This document shows positions 1 to 13,500 of a stretch of DNA of 64,000 nucleotides, piece after piece. Position 1 is the first letter of the stretch. Each line of letters starts with the position of its first letter. Both the position numbers and the translations under genes were made by a program. Source of the DNA: Balanoglossus misakiensis. Lineage: Eukaryota; Animalia; Hemichordata. The DNA is taken from contig CM082587.2 of NCBI GenBank assembly GCA_040954595.2, forward strand, positions 4,948,206 to 5,012,205, read 5' to 3'. The notes beneath the pieces were generated by a model that was given only the letters and a program-made list of their open reading frames with translations, did no database searches and was not told where the DNA came from.

Positions 1-3000
1 ATTTGACATTTCGAGTTAGCCTATCATTCTGTAGAAAATGTACAGTTTTGACAACAGCATTTCCCCCCCAAATTTGCAGAAGTTGCACTCAACAATTTGA
101 AATGTGTCCAGGGTTCGATTCATACACCTGTACCAACTAAGAGCAGACATACGCCCGGGGGAACATACATTACCCCAGTCAAAAACAAACAAACTCAGAC
201 AACCACCAAAGCAAGAAATCTGAATGAGATGTCGCCTGTCGTGCCCCTGTTCAGGGTAACCCCATTCCTGGCGATCGCCCACGGGCCGTTTGTTTTGATC
301 CCCGCGGCCTGCGATGCAAGCCGGTGTCGCCGCACTGTCGGCTGGCAACAAGTGAAAGTGCCGGTCGGATGCGGTGAGGAGCCCCACTCCAGGCACTCGC
401 AATTACAGCGACAAAGCCGACGGCTTTTATTCGCCCGTCGCGCTCTGTGTAGAGCAGAGGCACCGCATTCTATGCGTCCAAATACCGTCAGGGATTCTAT
501 GGGCTCAGCATGAAGGGTAAAATTGGTCCTTCAAATATACGCCGAATAGAACGTTAAAAAAAAGTTCGTTTGCCTTTGTTGGGGGCGTCGGAGAATGCAA
601 CGACTCTCCATTGTTTCCGAAATCATTTGAACACCGTTTCTACATCAGCGATAAAAAGTATAGACAGTCTGGATGTCAGATTATTTTTTTAAAAGGTGAA
701 GTCTGGAACTCATTATGCTCTAAGACCTCTTTTAGTGGTGATCATGTGATCTAACAATATGCCAGAGAAATCAATCGCTTTGAAAAAGGCCGAAAACCAA
801 GTAACACAAACCACGCACTATGCAAAATGCTATATTTCTCTCATGTTTTTGCCATACAACCTGAAGTGGTGGACAGGCATACATAAGAAAAACTGCACTT
901 TCGTTTGTTTTCTAACATTTTCCCATGTATGACTCAGCAAAAAGTAAATGCTTGTAGACGAAAGTAGAAGAGCGAGTGTTCAGAACTATATGGTGGCTTT
1001 TTCACGCTCACTGTGTGATATACGTGTCAAAAACTCACACCTAAAATATCCCAGATGGAGGTGACACATTCTTTTCCACAACAGTTGCAAAATGCCAAAC
1101 GCTTTCGTTCTTTGAAATGTCTGGCTGTGCTTCTCGACAGTGACGTCTTGGATGCGTCTCAACGATTGCAGCCTTGGCGGGCAGCGCCTAGCCGTGGCCT
1201 CGCTAATATGATTTGAAAACGGGAAATGGACCATGATGCGAGTGATTAATTTTAAATACGTCGGCGACACTCCTTGTAAATCGAATCGGGCATCGCGGTA
1301 ATTATTCACACGTTGCATTCACTGAAAAATTATTATGAGCGGCGTTCTCGGGTTATTGTGTCACGGGGATAGGGAAATGTGAATTTCATTTTTGATTAAG
1401 TTAAACGAACGTTGGCGTCTTCGGAAATGTGGTTAATGAACGATGTCGGAGGAATGAGCTCGGCATTTCCTTTTAACGCAAAAAGCCGGTTTGTTTTGCA
1501 ACACTCAGAAGTGCGCCGACGGGGCAGCACTGAAATCTGGGTCACGTTCACACAAACTATGGATGCAAACTATAGCCAAGGTTAAATCTCCTACTGTTTT
1601 CTCATTTTGCTTTAGTTTTGGACATGACTGTATGTCTTTCTTAAACCCAAATCATGGATAGTTTTTTCGGGGGGGGGGGGGGGGCAGGGCGCAGAGACAG
1701 CAGAAGTGGACAAAGACTGAGACTGCGCACAACTGCCAAGTTTTCGGAGGAGAAAAAAAAGAGACGTCGCAACGTCATAAAAAGTGAACTAAGGGCGATC
1801 AATAGAATATAATCACATTGAAAAAGGTGGTCTTCATTATTTACAAGCAAGACACCTTTGTTCGGATTAATTATTATTGTCCTTGATTGGTAACGACCAA
1901 ATTAAACAACTTCGTGATTAAGAGCTGGACAAAGCAAGGGATTATGGGGGATTACGGACCGAAATGGGATTAAGGGGTATTTAGCGGGCGCATCGATGTG
2001 GGTGACCGTCTAACCGCACCACTGGGAAATGTTCTATTTTTGCGTCTATTGTGCAATGGCAAGAGGGAAAGTTACTTTTCTTTTGTGCGAGTATCTCTTA
2101 TTTTACACACCGTAATCCACAGACGAGCTTAAGCTTTGATCTCAGGCTGCGCTCCGACACGAGGGTGTCTGGATGCCTGTGTGACCGAGGGTGTGGTCTG
2201 AGACCACTCATTTTTTGAATGCTCCGTCCTCGAGGCGCGGACTACATCATCACTCCTGATTTCACCTCAAGACTCGGACACAAACAGCTAAAACATTAAC
2301 TCACTCATCAACAAGTATATTACCCCTCATTAAACTATTTACTTATAGTCCTGCGTCCGTTGACAATTTGATCATTAAAAAAAATCCGTGACCGGGTGAT
2401 GTTTGGCGTGCGCCTATTCCGAGGTCGCAAACTATCTCATTCACATCGGCCATACGAACAACAAACGTGCTTCCATCCAATCGATTTATTGAGTTGCTTG
2501 ATACAGTCTGTGACGCAGAGACTCGTAATTCTTATAAGCCTTGAAGTTATTCGCGTTCAAAGCAGATGTAACCTACTATTGACGCCAACGAAATCGTCAA
2601 TCGCAGAACTGACCAAAAAGCCACCCGTTTATTAATTCAAATGTACAATAACCAGATTGTCTAGCGGTAACGTACTAATTTTGACTTTCGATAGCTGTTG
2701 ATACGCCAACTAAATTGGCCGTTCGTTTGCAGTTTACCGCAGAGTACAGGCTCTGGTAAAGACTGGATCTGATGAGGATGATTAATGTTGATTAATGTGC
2801 TTTACTATTCCACTTGTTACATATTGTGTCATCTTTATTTGACGGAGATTCAATCTTGTTGATTGTCTCGGGCGATTGGAGCTACTTTGTTTTAAAACTG
2901 GAACGTCCATGAACTCTCAGTTGTCGCATTTTTACGGGGCCTCCGTCTGGGTCAAAGTTGTCGGTGTTTGCGTGTTGTTGTTTTATGACACCGATTTTTT

Positions 3001-4571
3001 AAAAATATGTGGTCCACACAAATGTGTCGCATATCAGCGTCAGCAGAATTTCATTTTCTGCGTTTCCATGGTTATGTGGCAGGGCGATGAAGCGAGTCAG
3101 TTGTCACCAGACAGAGAAGACGGGCGCGGAGTGAATTGCGTTATATCAATTCAACTCAATATGGTAAGAGGCGCCAGGCGTACTTTTTCCCTCCTAGCCT
3201 CTCCCCGAACATGTTTACATGCAATATTAGGCATATACAAGTATCATCGAGTGCGTATCTGGCGACAAACATATTTTCAACGCAGTATAGCACAGACTTT
3301 GTCCGTGGGTTCAGACATCCATTGTAACTATGTCAAACTCTGCGCGGACTTTTGTCCATAGCTGAGTCAATCATATGACGAAACATTTGCCTAAGCATTG
3401 TTTCATTATATATATATACAAGTCCCTTTGGGGAACATCTCCATATTTCTCCGCATGCTTAATGTTGGACTTCAGTTACCGTGATCGCTTCATCTCTCGC
3501 CTAAGGCAAGCATAAGCTATATGCTATAACCAATAATTCGATACCACGTTGTTTTCATTCCTGTAATTGCAGGCATCTGCCATGGTAATTGATAATTTTT
3601 GTATAATGCTTTAGCAGACAGATCCATTTTGCGCGTTTGCGGCTGCGTTATAAGACATTCGTATTTCTTTGGCTATAATCGAATATAGTTCATATTTGAG
3701 CGTTTTGTTATCGTCTGGTTTACAGGTTGTTTAAATTTCTTATTTGCATAAACCGCAACTAACGCCCGGAGTTTTATTCTGCGCAGCGGAATGTGTGATG
3801 CGGTTCTCTGCCGTCCGGCCTCTGGTCGAAAAAAAATCGCTTTCTTTTGGAAGGCAATAGGGAATCAGTGAACCGCGGTAAAGGAGAGTTGGTCGACAGC
3901 ATGATTAAGACTTCCAGAACGGTGATGTTAAACCGACACGTACTAATGGCGACGGCCGCCCATGTGTTACAAATAAGTGTAAATTGCATGAAACACTTGT
4001 CTATAGGCGGTAACTTGAAAAGCAGTGCCGGTTTCATACTGTTTTTTGTCCTGAGTACACCCCGGCACCTCCCGATACGCCCGGCTCTCCCAGCGACACC
4101 ATTTTGTCCAATTTACAATACATTGTACCATTTTGAATGAGTTAAAAGTGAACGCCGACATTTGGGCATTTAGCGGTAGAGGCTATTTACCCTATTCAGG
4201 GCTTAGCATCAGGGGGTCGACACCGGCGTGTGTGTCGGGCCCCAGTGGAGTAACGTTTCTTTTAATTCTCCCCAAAAAATCCCCCAGAATGAATTTATTC
4301 AAATATATTTTGTAGTGAGTGAACAAGGCGCTGCCCACGTTTATTCACTTAACTGCCACTTCCGTTGGGCGACCTGGTCGAGGTAGAGAGGGACGGCGCT
4401 TTCCAGCAGACAGACGTGTCAATCTGATCTGCCTTATCCCAATTAACGCCTGTAGATACGGATTATAAAACGGATCACCTGTGCAGACGACACTGTCATT
4501 TTCACTGACGGCGTTGACGAGACCACACATCCCATCTCGTATAGAACTACTACTGCTGCCACTCGCCTACC

Positions 4572-7500
4572 ATGACGATTGCGCCTTTCAGCGCAACGCT
4601 CGCCGTCGCCCTGGCCGCCTCCCTGGTGATCTCGAGCCGGGGCGAGGCGGGCGACGGCTTCTCCGCACACCGTCGGGAAAGGAGGGATTTCTACGAAAGG
4701 AGAGCCGCTCGCGTCGCCCGGGAGGCGCTCGAGCGCTGCGCCAGCACCGAGAAGACACCGCTGCATCACCAGGGACGCTACCCGAGGAGCGCGCCCGAGA
4801 GTTACGACTTCGGGAAAGCGACGTATTTCTCCGGGAAGGGAGAGATCCTCCGCCTGAAGCTGCCCAAGGCCCTGGACATGAGCCACGACCTCCCGAGAGC
4901 AGAATTCACCATAGAGGCATGGCTGAAGCCAGAAGGTGGCCAGAAAAACCAAACAACTATTATAGGTAAGGCCGTTGATAGTTTTTTGAGAAAAAAAGTA
5001 CAAATGTCTTAATGGCACTTCTTGCAATAGAAAGTGTGCGGAATAGCTGTACACACTTCCCCGACAAGTGCACTTTTGGTGGCTTTGTCATATAGTTGTT
5101 AATTTGTCGATTATTGCCACTTCTGGGATGGAGAAACCTTTGTTAGGGTAGTTCACACCAAGTCAGACGTTCACACGTTCTTAGGTGTAACCAAAGCGAT
5201 GAGAGTTGGCATTTTTTTGCACGCGCTCGCCCAGAAAACTTTGAGCGAAGCGCGATGGTGACGTTAAAACGTCTCGGGTTGTTGGGGGATTTCACTTCCC
5301 CCGATGTTCTGTGCAAGGCGGCAATCAATTAGGCCTGGTAAGTTTGTCGCACGTTCTCGTGAAAGGCTCTGACAAAAGGTCGTCAAGTGTTACACCTCGT
5401 TGTCGCATATTTCTCCACGCCTCATCAGCCAGACGAGAGTTCATCCACTGCGCTCGGATGCACCCGATTGAATTTTATGCTTTTCTCGCCCGCCGTGCCA
5501 ATTCAAAAGGCACCGACACACGCAGCACAACGTGTAATTGTTATAATTGTTTTTATGTTATGATGACAGTTCCCGCAAAGTAATTCAGGTGAATATTACT
5601 TAACGCCCTGCCAGTTACTTCAAGGTAAAAACGTCGCCAGAAGATCATACATACAGGCCAAATTAAACCCACTCACGATCTGGTCAAATCCCTGCTTCTA
5701 ATGTCCCAGTCTCCAAGTATAGTCACAGGGGGACTGTGGTTAGCCGAGGCCGAAGACGAGAAATCGGATTAAAAATTCAATTTCGCGGGCGCATTAGAAT
5801 CTGGACCGGTCACTATGATCCGTTCGCTAAACTGGTGTGGTACAAGGTTAAATTGCGTTTACATCGTATGCCTCTCCTTCGAACGGAAATTAATATCGAT
5901 CACTAGTATCGATCACTTCACAGACCTTCGCTGTCTTTTCTTCGGCAGGTCGTAAAATAAACAACGATATATATAATCGACCTTTTCCTTCTAAAATATA
6001 CCGTGATTAACTACTCAGGGATATTCTTTGCAAAAAGTTAAAAAAGGCGATTGAATGACATTTCGTTGGCCGATTTTGCCACGCTAGGTGTGCAGCAATT
6101 AGCACCTATCTGGTAAAAGATTACAGCAATACACGAGGAACTGATTAATATGATTAGCTGTGTGTCAATTTATGCTCGTGAATTAACAATCGTAAAAGAC
6201 CTCCCATTAAACTTCTAAATGTCATTTATTCACGTTCTCTGAGTTTATAGCTATTCCCCTGATCAATGAGAACGTGTTAACGTTTACCATTCGGGTGTGG
6301 TTAGGTTATTATTTTTTCTGCGGTGTTGTATCTCGGAAAAAAGTACAGACGTACATAGCGCAGAAATGCTATTACCGCTCTTGTTTCCTCCTTTGGGACC
6401 CACGCGGTCCAAAGGTGTTCAAAGCTTGCGAGTAAAGTTTACACCGCATGCAATTTCCCCTCCGGTGTCTGTGTTTACACTTACTCACACCTTTCGCTAA
6501 TTTTTTGTCATTGTTGCGCGCGTGTGGTGAGCGGGTGACTGACAATCGTCAGCTTTGGCCGGTGTGCACGGAGGCGTAATAGGGATGTTAGTGGTCGTGG
6601 TGGTCCGCGCGTTTGCCGCCGCGCTCGTGTAATCCAACTTGAAAACCTCCGCCGTCGGGTTTATTTTGATACCCGTTGTCCACAGAGTCAACAGACGGTC
6701 TCATTGATGAGCAATAATAGGCAACAAAGGGGTACGAGTTCACGTTTTGAAATCACGCAACTCCTTTCCTGTAAAGGATCTTACCCCAGTCCCCGCCACC
6801 TCTACCACACGGGGAGTCAAAACACCCCGATTCCGACCACCCGTACTCTATTCGCGTAACTGTACGGCAGAGTGACGGATTATCTTAATCGTTATCGCAA
6901 CCGAGTTTAAACAGATTTATAGACAAAAGTAAAGGATCTGGGTGAAATAATATCTTAGAAAAACAACACGTTCAAAGCGAGATTGCCCATATACCCCGCG
7001 GTGGAACTTGAGAGCTCTCTCACACAGCCTTACATAGTTCAATTACATCAAAGCTTCATATTTTCCTAGCGTCTATGATTTGTCGTGTTGGGAAAACGGA
7101 TGAACAATTTAGGCCTAAACGAATTTCCTACTTGTAGAGGGCCTAGCCGTAGCAACGGTTTCAGGTGTGTACAAGACGCATGTTATTAGCAATTAATGCC
7201 AATATCTGTTTGTTCTCACACACAAACTATTATATATGGTGTGAGCGCTTGTTTGGTTGGTTGGCTGACGGCTTGCAGCGACCACACACAATGCAACCAT
7301 CCACCCTTCTGATGCAACCCACAAGCCCATGACACAAGCTGTGGGGATTAGGTCAAACGTGTGTGTCGGCAACCAGAAATCCAAACCTTACAGGTACAGC
7401 ACGTAACAAATAAAAACAGAGTTTACAAGCGCAACAGTTGTTCGACGCAAGCCAACCATGCATCCTGCCGCTTTAGTGCGGTCCAACGGAATGCACTAAA

Positions 7501-10500
7501 TCTCGCGTGACTTATGGCTTTGAGTGGCCAAAGCACGCATGTTCCAATTTAGCAATTACGGCGCTTATTTTCCCAATCGAGGAAAGCAAATAAATATCCA
7601 ATCCCGGAGAGTGTTTGGTTCTGTACATTTCCGCCCTTCTATTCAACAACACACCTAATCGTCTTCCGCTGTTTTCATGTTTCTTCCATCTAACTTTTTG
7701 TTAGAGAAACACACGAAAAACAAAACAAGGTTACGCAAAGTCGCACTTTTCAATTCAATCTGTATTGGCCATTTACATGCTGTACCGCAGAGGAAATGGC
7801 AGATTTTGATCACATTCTTGTATTTTTCTGTGTTTCTTGTTCCCAGTTGATTTTTTTCTCTGGGGTCGCTGTGTACAGCAAGATATATAAAAGATAACAT
7901 AACATAGTAATAAAGTGTTGAAAAATATCGAAATTTATCATCAATGTCTCAAAACACGCTATTCTACGACCATAATGTCTTATACTCGCAATTTCCTATC
8001 GCATTTTTTTGTTCAGGTTTGGTTGACACTTGCGGTATGTGGACTGCCGACAAGGGATGGTCGATAGGGATCCACTCACTCGCAAACGAAGCCGAGAGCG
8101 ACGCGAGAGTCTATTTCTCCCTTCGCACCGACCGCTCGAGGGAGTCCACGACCATCTCCGCCAACCAGAGGTACCAACCGAACAGGTGGGTGCACGTGGC
8201 CGCCAGCTACGACGGCGCCCGGATGGCCCTGTTCATCAACGGCGCGAAGGTGGGCGTCAGCCACCGGCAGCGCGGCGACCTGTTCAGCCGCACGGCCAGC
8301 CGCTGCAAGGAGCTGGACATCGGCGGCAACGTCGTCTCGGGCACCTACTACCGGGGCCTGATGGACGAGGTGCTGCTGTGGTCGGAGGCCCGCAGCCACG
8401 CCGAGATCAAGGACAGCATGCACAGCACCTCGCGGCGCAAGGAGAACCACAGCACCCTCGACCACTACGAGGACTTCTCGAACATCGACGCCTGGGAGAT
8501 GGTCATGGAAAACCAGCCGGTACTGGTGCAGTCCGACATGCCCACCGAGCTGCACGACGTGCACGTGGTCGCCCCGAAGTGCGGCATGACCGTGTGCGAC
8601 AGCCCGGACATCGTGAAGAGCTACTCGGCCAACTGGGCGCTGCGCCGACCGAAGACCATCCGCTACCGCGTCGTCAACGTCTACGACGACGACGGCGCCA
8701 ACCCGGTGGTCTCCGAGGAACAGATCGCCTACCAGCACCAGCACCTCAACGCGGCCTTCAGGCGACACAACATCACCTGGGAGCTGACCGTCGCCAACGT
8801 CACCAACTCCAACTTGCAGAGCCGGGCCATCCTCGTCGATTGCCCCGTCGACAGCATCGGCGACAGGAGGTGCGACCCGCAGTGCAGGCACGCCCAGACC
8901 GGGTTTGACGGCGGCGACTGCGACGTGCCGAAGACGATTTGTCGGAAATCCCAAATCGGCGACGGAAAGTGCGATGACAACTGTAACCGACGATACCATG
9001 ACTGGGACGGGGGAGACTGCTGCCAACCACCCAGTACATCCGCGTCAACCGCGGCTAAGTGCTTCGATCCACGGTCGCCCTATAGGTAAGTAAATGATCT
9101 AAAATTCAAAGTTTACAAAGAGATACTGTTTAGGCATCACAACCAGTCTCTTCCAGCTCAATTTTAATGTCTTCTTGAGATATAAGCGCCGCCAAGAGAG
9201 TTCTAGAATCAACAGGTGGTCACGAATTTATCTTTCTCAAGGTAACTTCGGATTATTCTCTCTTAAAATTGAAAATAAAAATTGTGTGTCACTGTGCAAG
9301 ATTTTGAACGAGACCAAATTTGTCTTAAATTTGGTGTTCAAAATGGCCGCTAAATTTAAGTTGTGATTTTGATGAGACAAGACGGTAAACACGCTTTGAA
9401 ATATCAAAGACTTGAAAGGTTTGGGGGACAATCGTTTCTCTGAAAACATTTCCGCGGACCGCGCACAATTTCAAGTTCACGGGACTCCCCACCCCGATGT
9501 GCCGTGACGGACCCCACGTTCAAGTTATCATCCGCCGTTGACGACAACCAAATCAGTGAAGTCGATTCAGTGTCGCCGGAATGCGAACGAACGCCCCCGT
9601 TGCGCTGTGACGCACAACACGCGAAGCGGTGATTTGGACCCATGCGGCCGATATGCGAATTCCGCCTGTAGTATTTTTAAACAACAACTGGTCACGGTCA
9701 ATGGAGTGTAAACCGACAATTGTCGCAACGTGGTAAACATGTTGTGCGGATTTCCATTTCATTGATAACTTGTTCGCGAGGGTACAAAGGGAATCTACGG
9801 GGGGATGTTATGACATTTCCTCTCTCTCTCTCAAACACACCAACAAACGATAATCCCAGACTTCCAGAGGAAGTCAGACTTCCACCAAAAACATTTATGT
9901 ACACCATAAGACCAATCGAGTTCGTCTATCAAACCATTGAACCTAGAGGAAGTAACTTTTGCGTAGACAACTTAACTAATAGCCATGATTTTCCGTAAGA
10001 ACACTCCAGTTTCGTGACAAAACGATCAAAAATACCATGATAATTGACCAAACCAAAGTAACAAAATACAGGGCTGCTTAGTACATGCACTCCGTTGAAA
10101 TTTATGCACACCATGCAATTAACCCACGATACAAACTACATGTATACACAACTTGGCACAGAAAACAAATTCAGTTTAAGTTACACACTCTAAAGTGGCT
10201 GCATGGTTGTAGTTATCTGAACGCGAGTATGGAAAGGCCTACTCGGGCAATTGTTATACGCGATGCTAACACGCATGGACCTTCAGGTATAATCCCTTTG
10301 CTTTGTTTCTACACAAGGACTTCACCAATGATAACCCCGTTATTTGCACCCGATGAAGGTCTTAGCGATGCGATATGTGGCGTCAATACTGTCCGTTTCT
10401 TAATGATCTGTTAAGGTTTGATTATACTTGTACTTTTAACGAGGGGTCGCAACGACGGAGGCGTCCTAGCCGGTGTCCATACACAGAAGAAGTTATAGAA

Positions 10501-13500
10501 ATCCGACATTGCCATTAAAAGGAAGGTGTACGTTATTGTTGCTCGGTGAAAGTGTGCGCAGCGCGATACCGGCGCGATCCCCCGCCGCAGAATAAAGGCT
10601 CCCAACGTACGCCACACGAAGCACGGTCTTCTAGGCAAACTTTCACATCAGCGGCTTTGTTGTGAAAGTGTAAGGCGGGCGTCGACATTGTTCACGACAT
10701 TGTTCACTCAAAAAAACTTCAACTATCGATTTGTAAAGCACTGTCGGCGCTTTCATCCCAGCGGCCAATCAGCAACTATTGAGTTGTAGGTTGTTTGCGC
10801 TTATCTGTCACCTATCAATACTCGCAATGCTTGTTTGAAATAATCTGACATGTTCCAAGCAATTGGGTTTTGATTAAAATGTCTTCTTTCAAAAATTATC
10901 TTAAATATAGCAACATATCTGTTACGGATGTTATTAGTTATCGTGTTTGAATAATCATTAAAGGAATCAATTTACGTTCAATTTTAGAATGTACATGGAT
11001 TTGAACGAATACAAGACCGCCCTTGGATTAAACAGCTCTACTCGTCTGAATGTATACTTCGCGTCATGGACATCAGAGACAGTGCTTGGTATCGCAACAT
11101 ATCCGTGGGAAAAGACGGTTTTTGATACTTTAGGTGAGTCTGTCTGTCTGTGTGCGTGTGTGTATGTATGTATGCCTGTATGTAATATATGTATGTATGT
11201 ATGTGCGTGCATGCGTGTGTGTTTGTTTCCAAAAGAAGCTCACCTTATCCTAATATCCCTATGGAAATTCTGAATTGCAGGTGGGGTTGTTTTGAAGCCC
11301 GACCATTACGGAATACCGGGCATGAGCGATTCAACCATCCACGAATTCGGCCACGTGCTCGGTTTATGGCACGTGCATCACGGCGTGTCAGAGATGGACT
11401 GCACCGACGAATGTCTGGAGACCCACCCTTCCCTCGAGTTGGGCGACATGGTCGAAGACACCAACCCGACGCCGTCCAACACCGAATGCAGAGACCCGCA
11501 ACCGTGTGAATACGATAGCTGTGGGTTGGAAATGGTATACAAGGATACACCGTATCGGAATTTTATGAGTTACGCCGGTGAGTTGGTTACGACGAAGATT
11601 GCCCGTCCGTTTCAGTGACGAGGATAACGTGTACAAAGTTCGCGAAATGCGGCATAAAAACAAAAGTCGCCGGTCTTATTGACCATAGGAGGCGCCATAT
11701 GGCTGGCTCCAGAGCTAAACTTGCTGCTACAAATTGAAATTTAGTGCTTCTTGGTGATTTGAATAAACCTTCTTCAACATTGAAGAACAGTTGTTAACGT
11801 CGTGGCCACGTACGATTTAATCCAATGACCACATTTATTTTTCACCACACAGACGACGACTGCACCAACTCCTTCACGCCCCAACAGAATGCCCGGATGC
11901 ACTGCTACATAGACTTGATGTACAGGCCGTGGCAGAGCGACAGAGCCCCCTCGCCGGTCCCTATGCCGCCCACCATCATTTCGGTCCACCGGCCATCCAC
12001 CATAGTGCTGGCGTGGGTGCCCCCTCTGAGCGGGAACCTCGGAGGACCGGGAAGCGAGTGCAACCAATGCCTGAACGACAACACCCTCGAACAGTACGCC
12101 AGCACAGCGTACTCGCCGAACCCGTCGCGTGGTCCAGGTTTGTGGGACCCAAAGCAGGCACTCGGTAAGTTTAAAGGGTCTATGCCATGCCCGGGCCAAA
12201 AGGTGGTAGTAAAGAATGGGGAGGGGTAAAGTGTCTTACTCACCTTAATATGTAATTTTCATCTGACATGCCTGATAGCTTGTAAATATCTTTGGAGGGA
12301 CCCAAGATGTTCCAGTTCAGTTATGTTCAAACTATGGCAAACTTTCGAAGTTGGTTCCAGGTTTTTCAAGTTCATCACTTGTCTCCCGCACAATTTAGGC
12401 ACAGTAATTCCCGTCTGATATCCTCTGAAGTAATCCTTTCCATTGATATTGTAGGTCCGCCAGACGCTGAAAGCTGCGCCGCCAGCACGAAGGCCTGGAT
12501 GCCGGACCCTGCCGACGGCGTCTGTGACGACTGCTACATCGAGCTGGGCTTCCAGATCCCGGTGGTACCGATACAGTTGTCGCTGTGGGTGGCCTGGTAC
12601 CCCACCGACGGCGTCAAGGACCTGGTCCTCGTCTTCATCGACGGCACCGAGGAGTCCCTGGGCGAGATCGACGCCTACTGCGACATGCCGTTCACCACGC
12701 GCGTCGACGTGAACAAGAAGGTCATGAAGGTCCGCGTGCACACCCGCGAGCCGTTCGTCAGCATCGACGCGGTGCAGATCGTGTCGGGGCCCGACAACCC
12801 GGTCTGTCAGCCGTGCAAGCCAGTCAGATACGTGGTGCACCGCTCGCCGCCGTTGTCAACAGGTGAAAGTACGGTGATTGTGAATACACCGAGATACACA
12901 GACAGGTGGGTTTCTTTGTAGAATGAACCAGTGACGAATTCTGACAAGAACGAAACTGCAAATGTACAAGATTATATGCTAAATCCGATGTCCGTAAAGC
13001 ACACATTTCTTGTTAAACTTTATGACATATTAGCACTGGTTTGAAGTTATTTTTTGTCACAGCTATCTCAAAAAGTGCATTTTATTTTCCAGCGATGTGG
13101 TTCCTGGTTCCGAATTCACGTATCAAATCCAGGCCATGCAAGGGTCGAAGACGAGCGAGCTCTCGCCGCCACTGATGTACATACATGGCCAGAAACGGTG
13201 CGGGGATGGCATCATTGACAGGTAGGTTAACATCAAGGATTTTTGCCTGCAGATTTCCATTAACTGTTCCATAACTGCTACAGAATTGTCTCAAAAGAGG
13301 CATTTCAATAAGCTGACTGCAATACACTAATCCCTGGGATACACTCACAGCATTGATGAAAACTCTTGAATTGCAGCTCTGCAGGAGAAGAGTGCGATGA
13401 CGGTAATGCAGTGGACGGTGACGGCTGCAGTCTCAGCTGCCGGAAAAACGAATTCTTCCATTGTGAAGGTATGCATCATCCAACGTTACAGTGTTCTAGT

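Noticed and set aside
16-513. ORFs of 128-138 aa at the window start
   Set aside because: No recognisable motifs, coding-like codon bias or convincing splice sites.
1668-1684. Poly-G run (also poly-C at about 61712-61731 and poly-G at about 62291)
   Set aside because: Common homopolymers, with no associated structure.
8030-9026. Long overlapping ORFs (292 aa on plus, 316 aa on minus) over PAPP-A exon 2, and similar ones over other long exons
   Set aside because: These are shadow frames produced by extreme GC3 in the true frame. They show no recognisable domains or independent splice signals.
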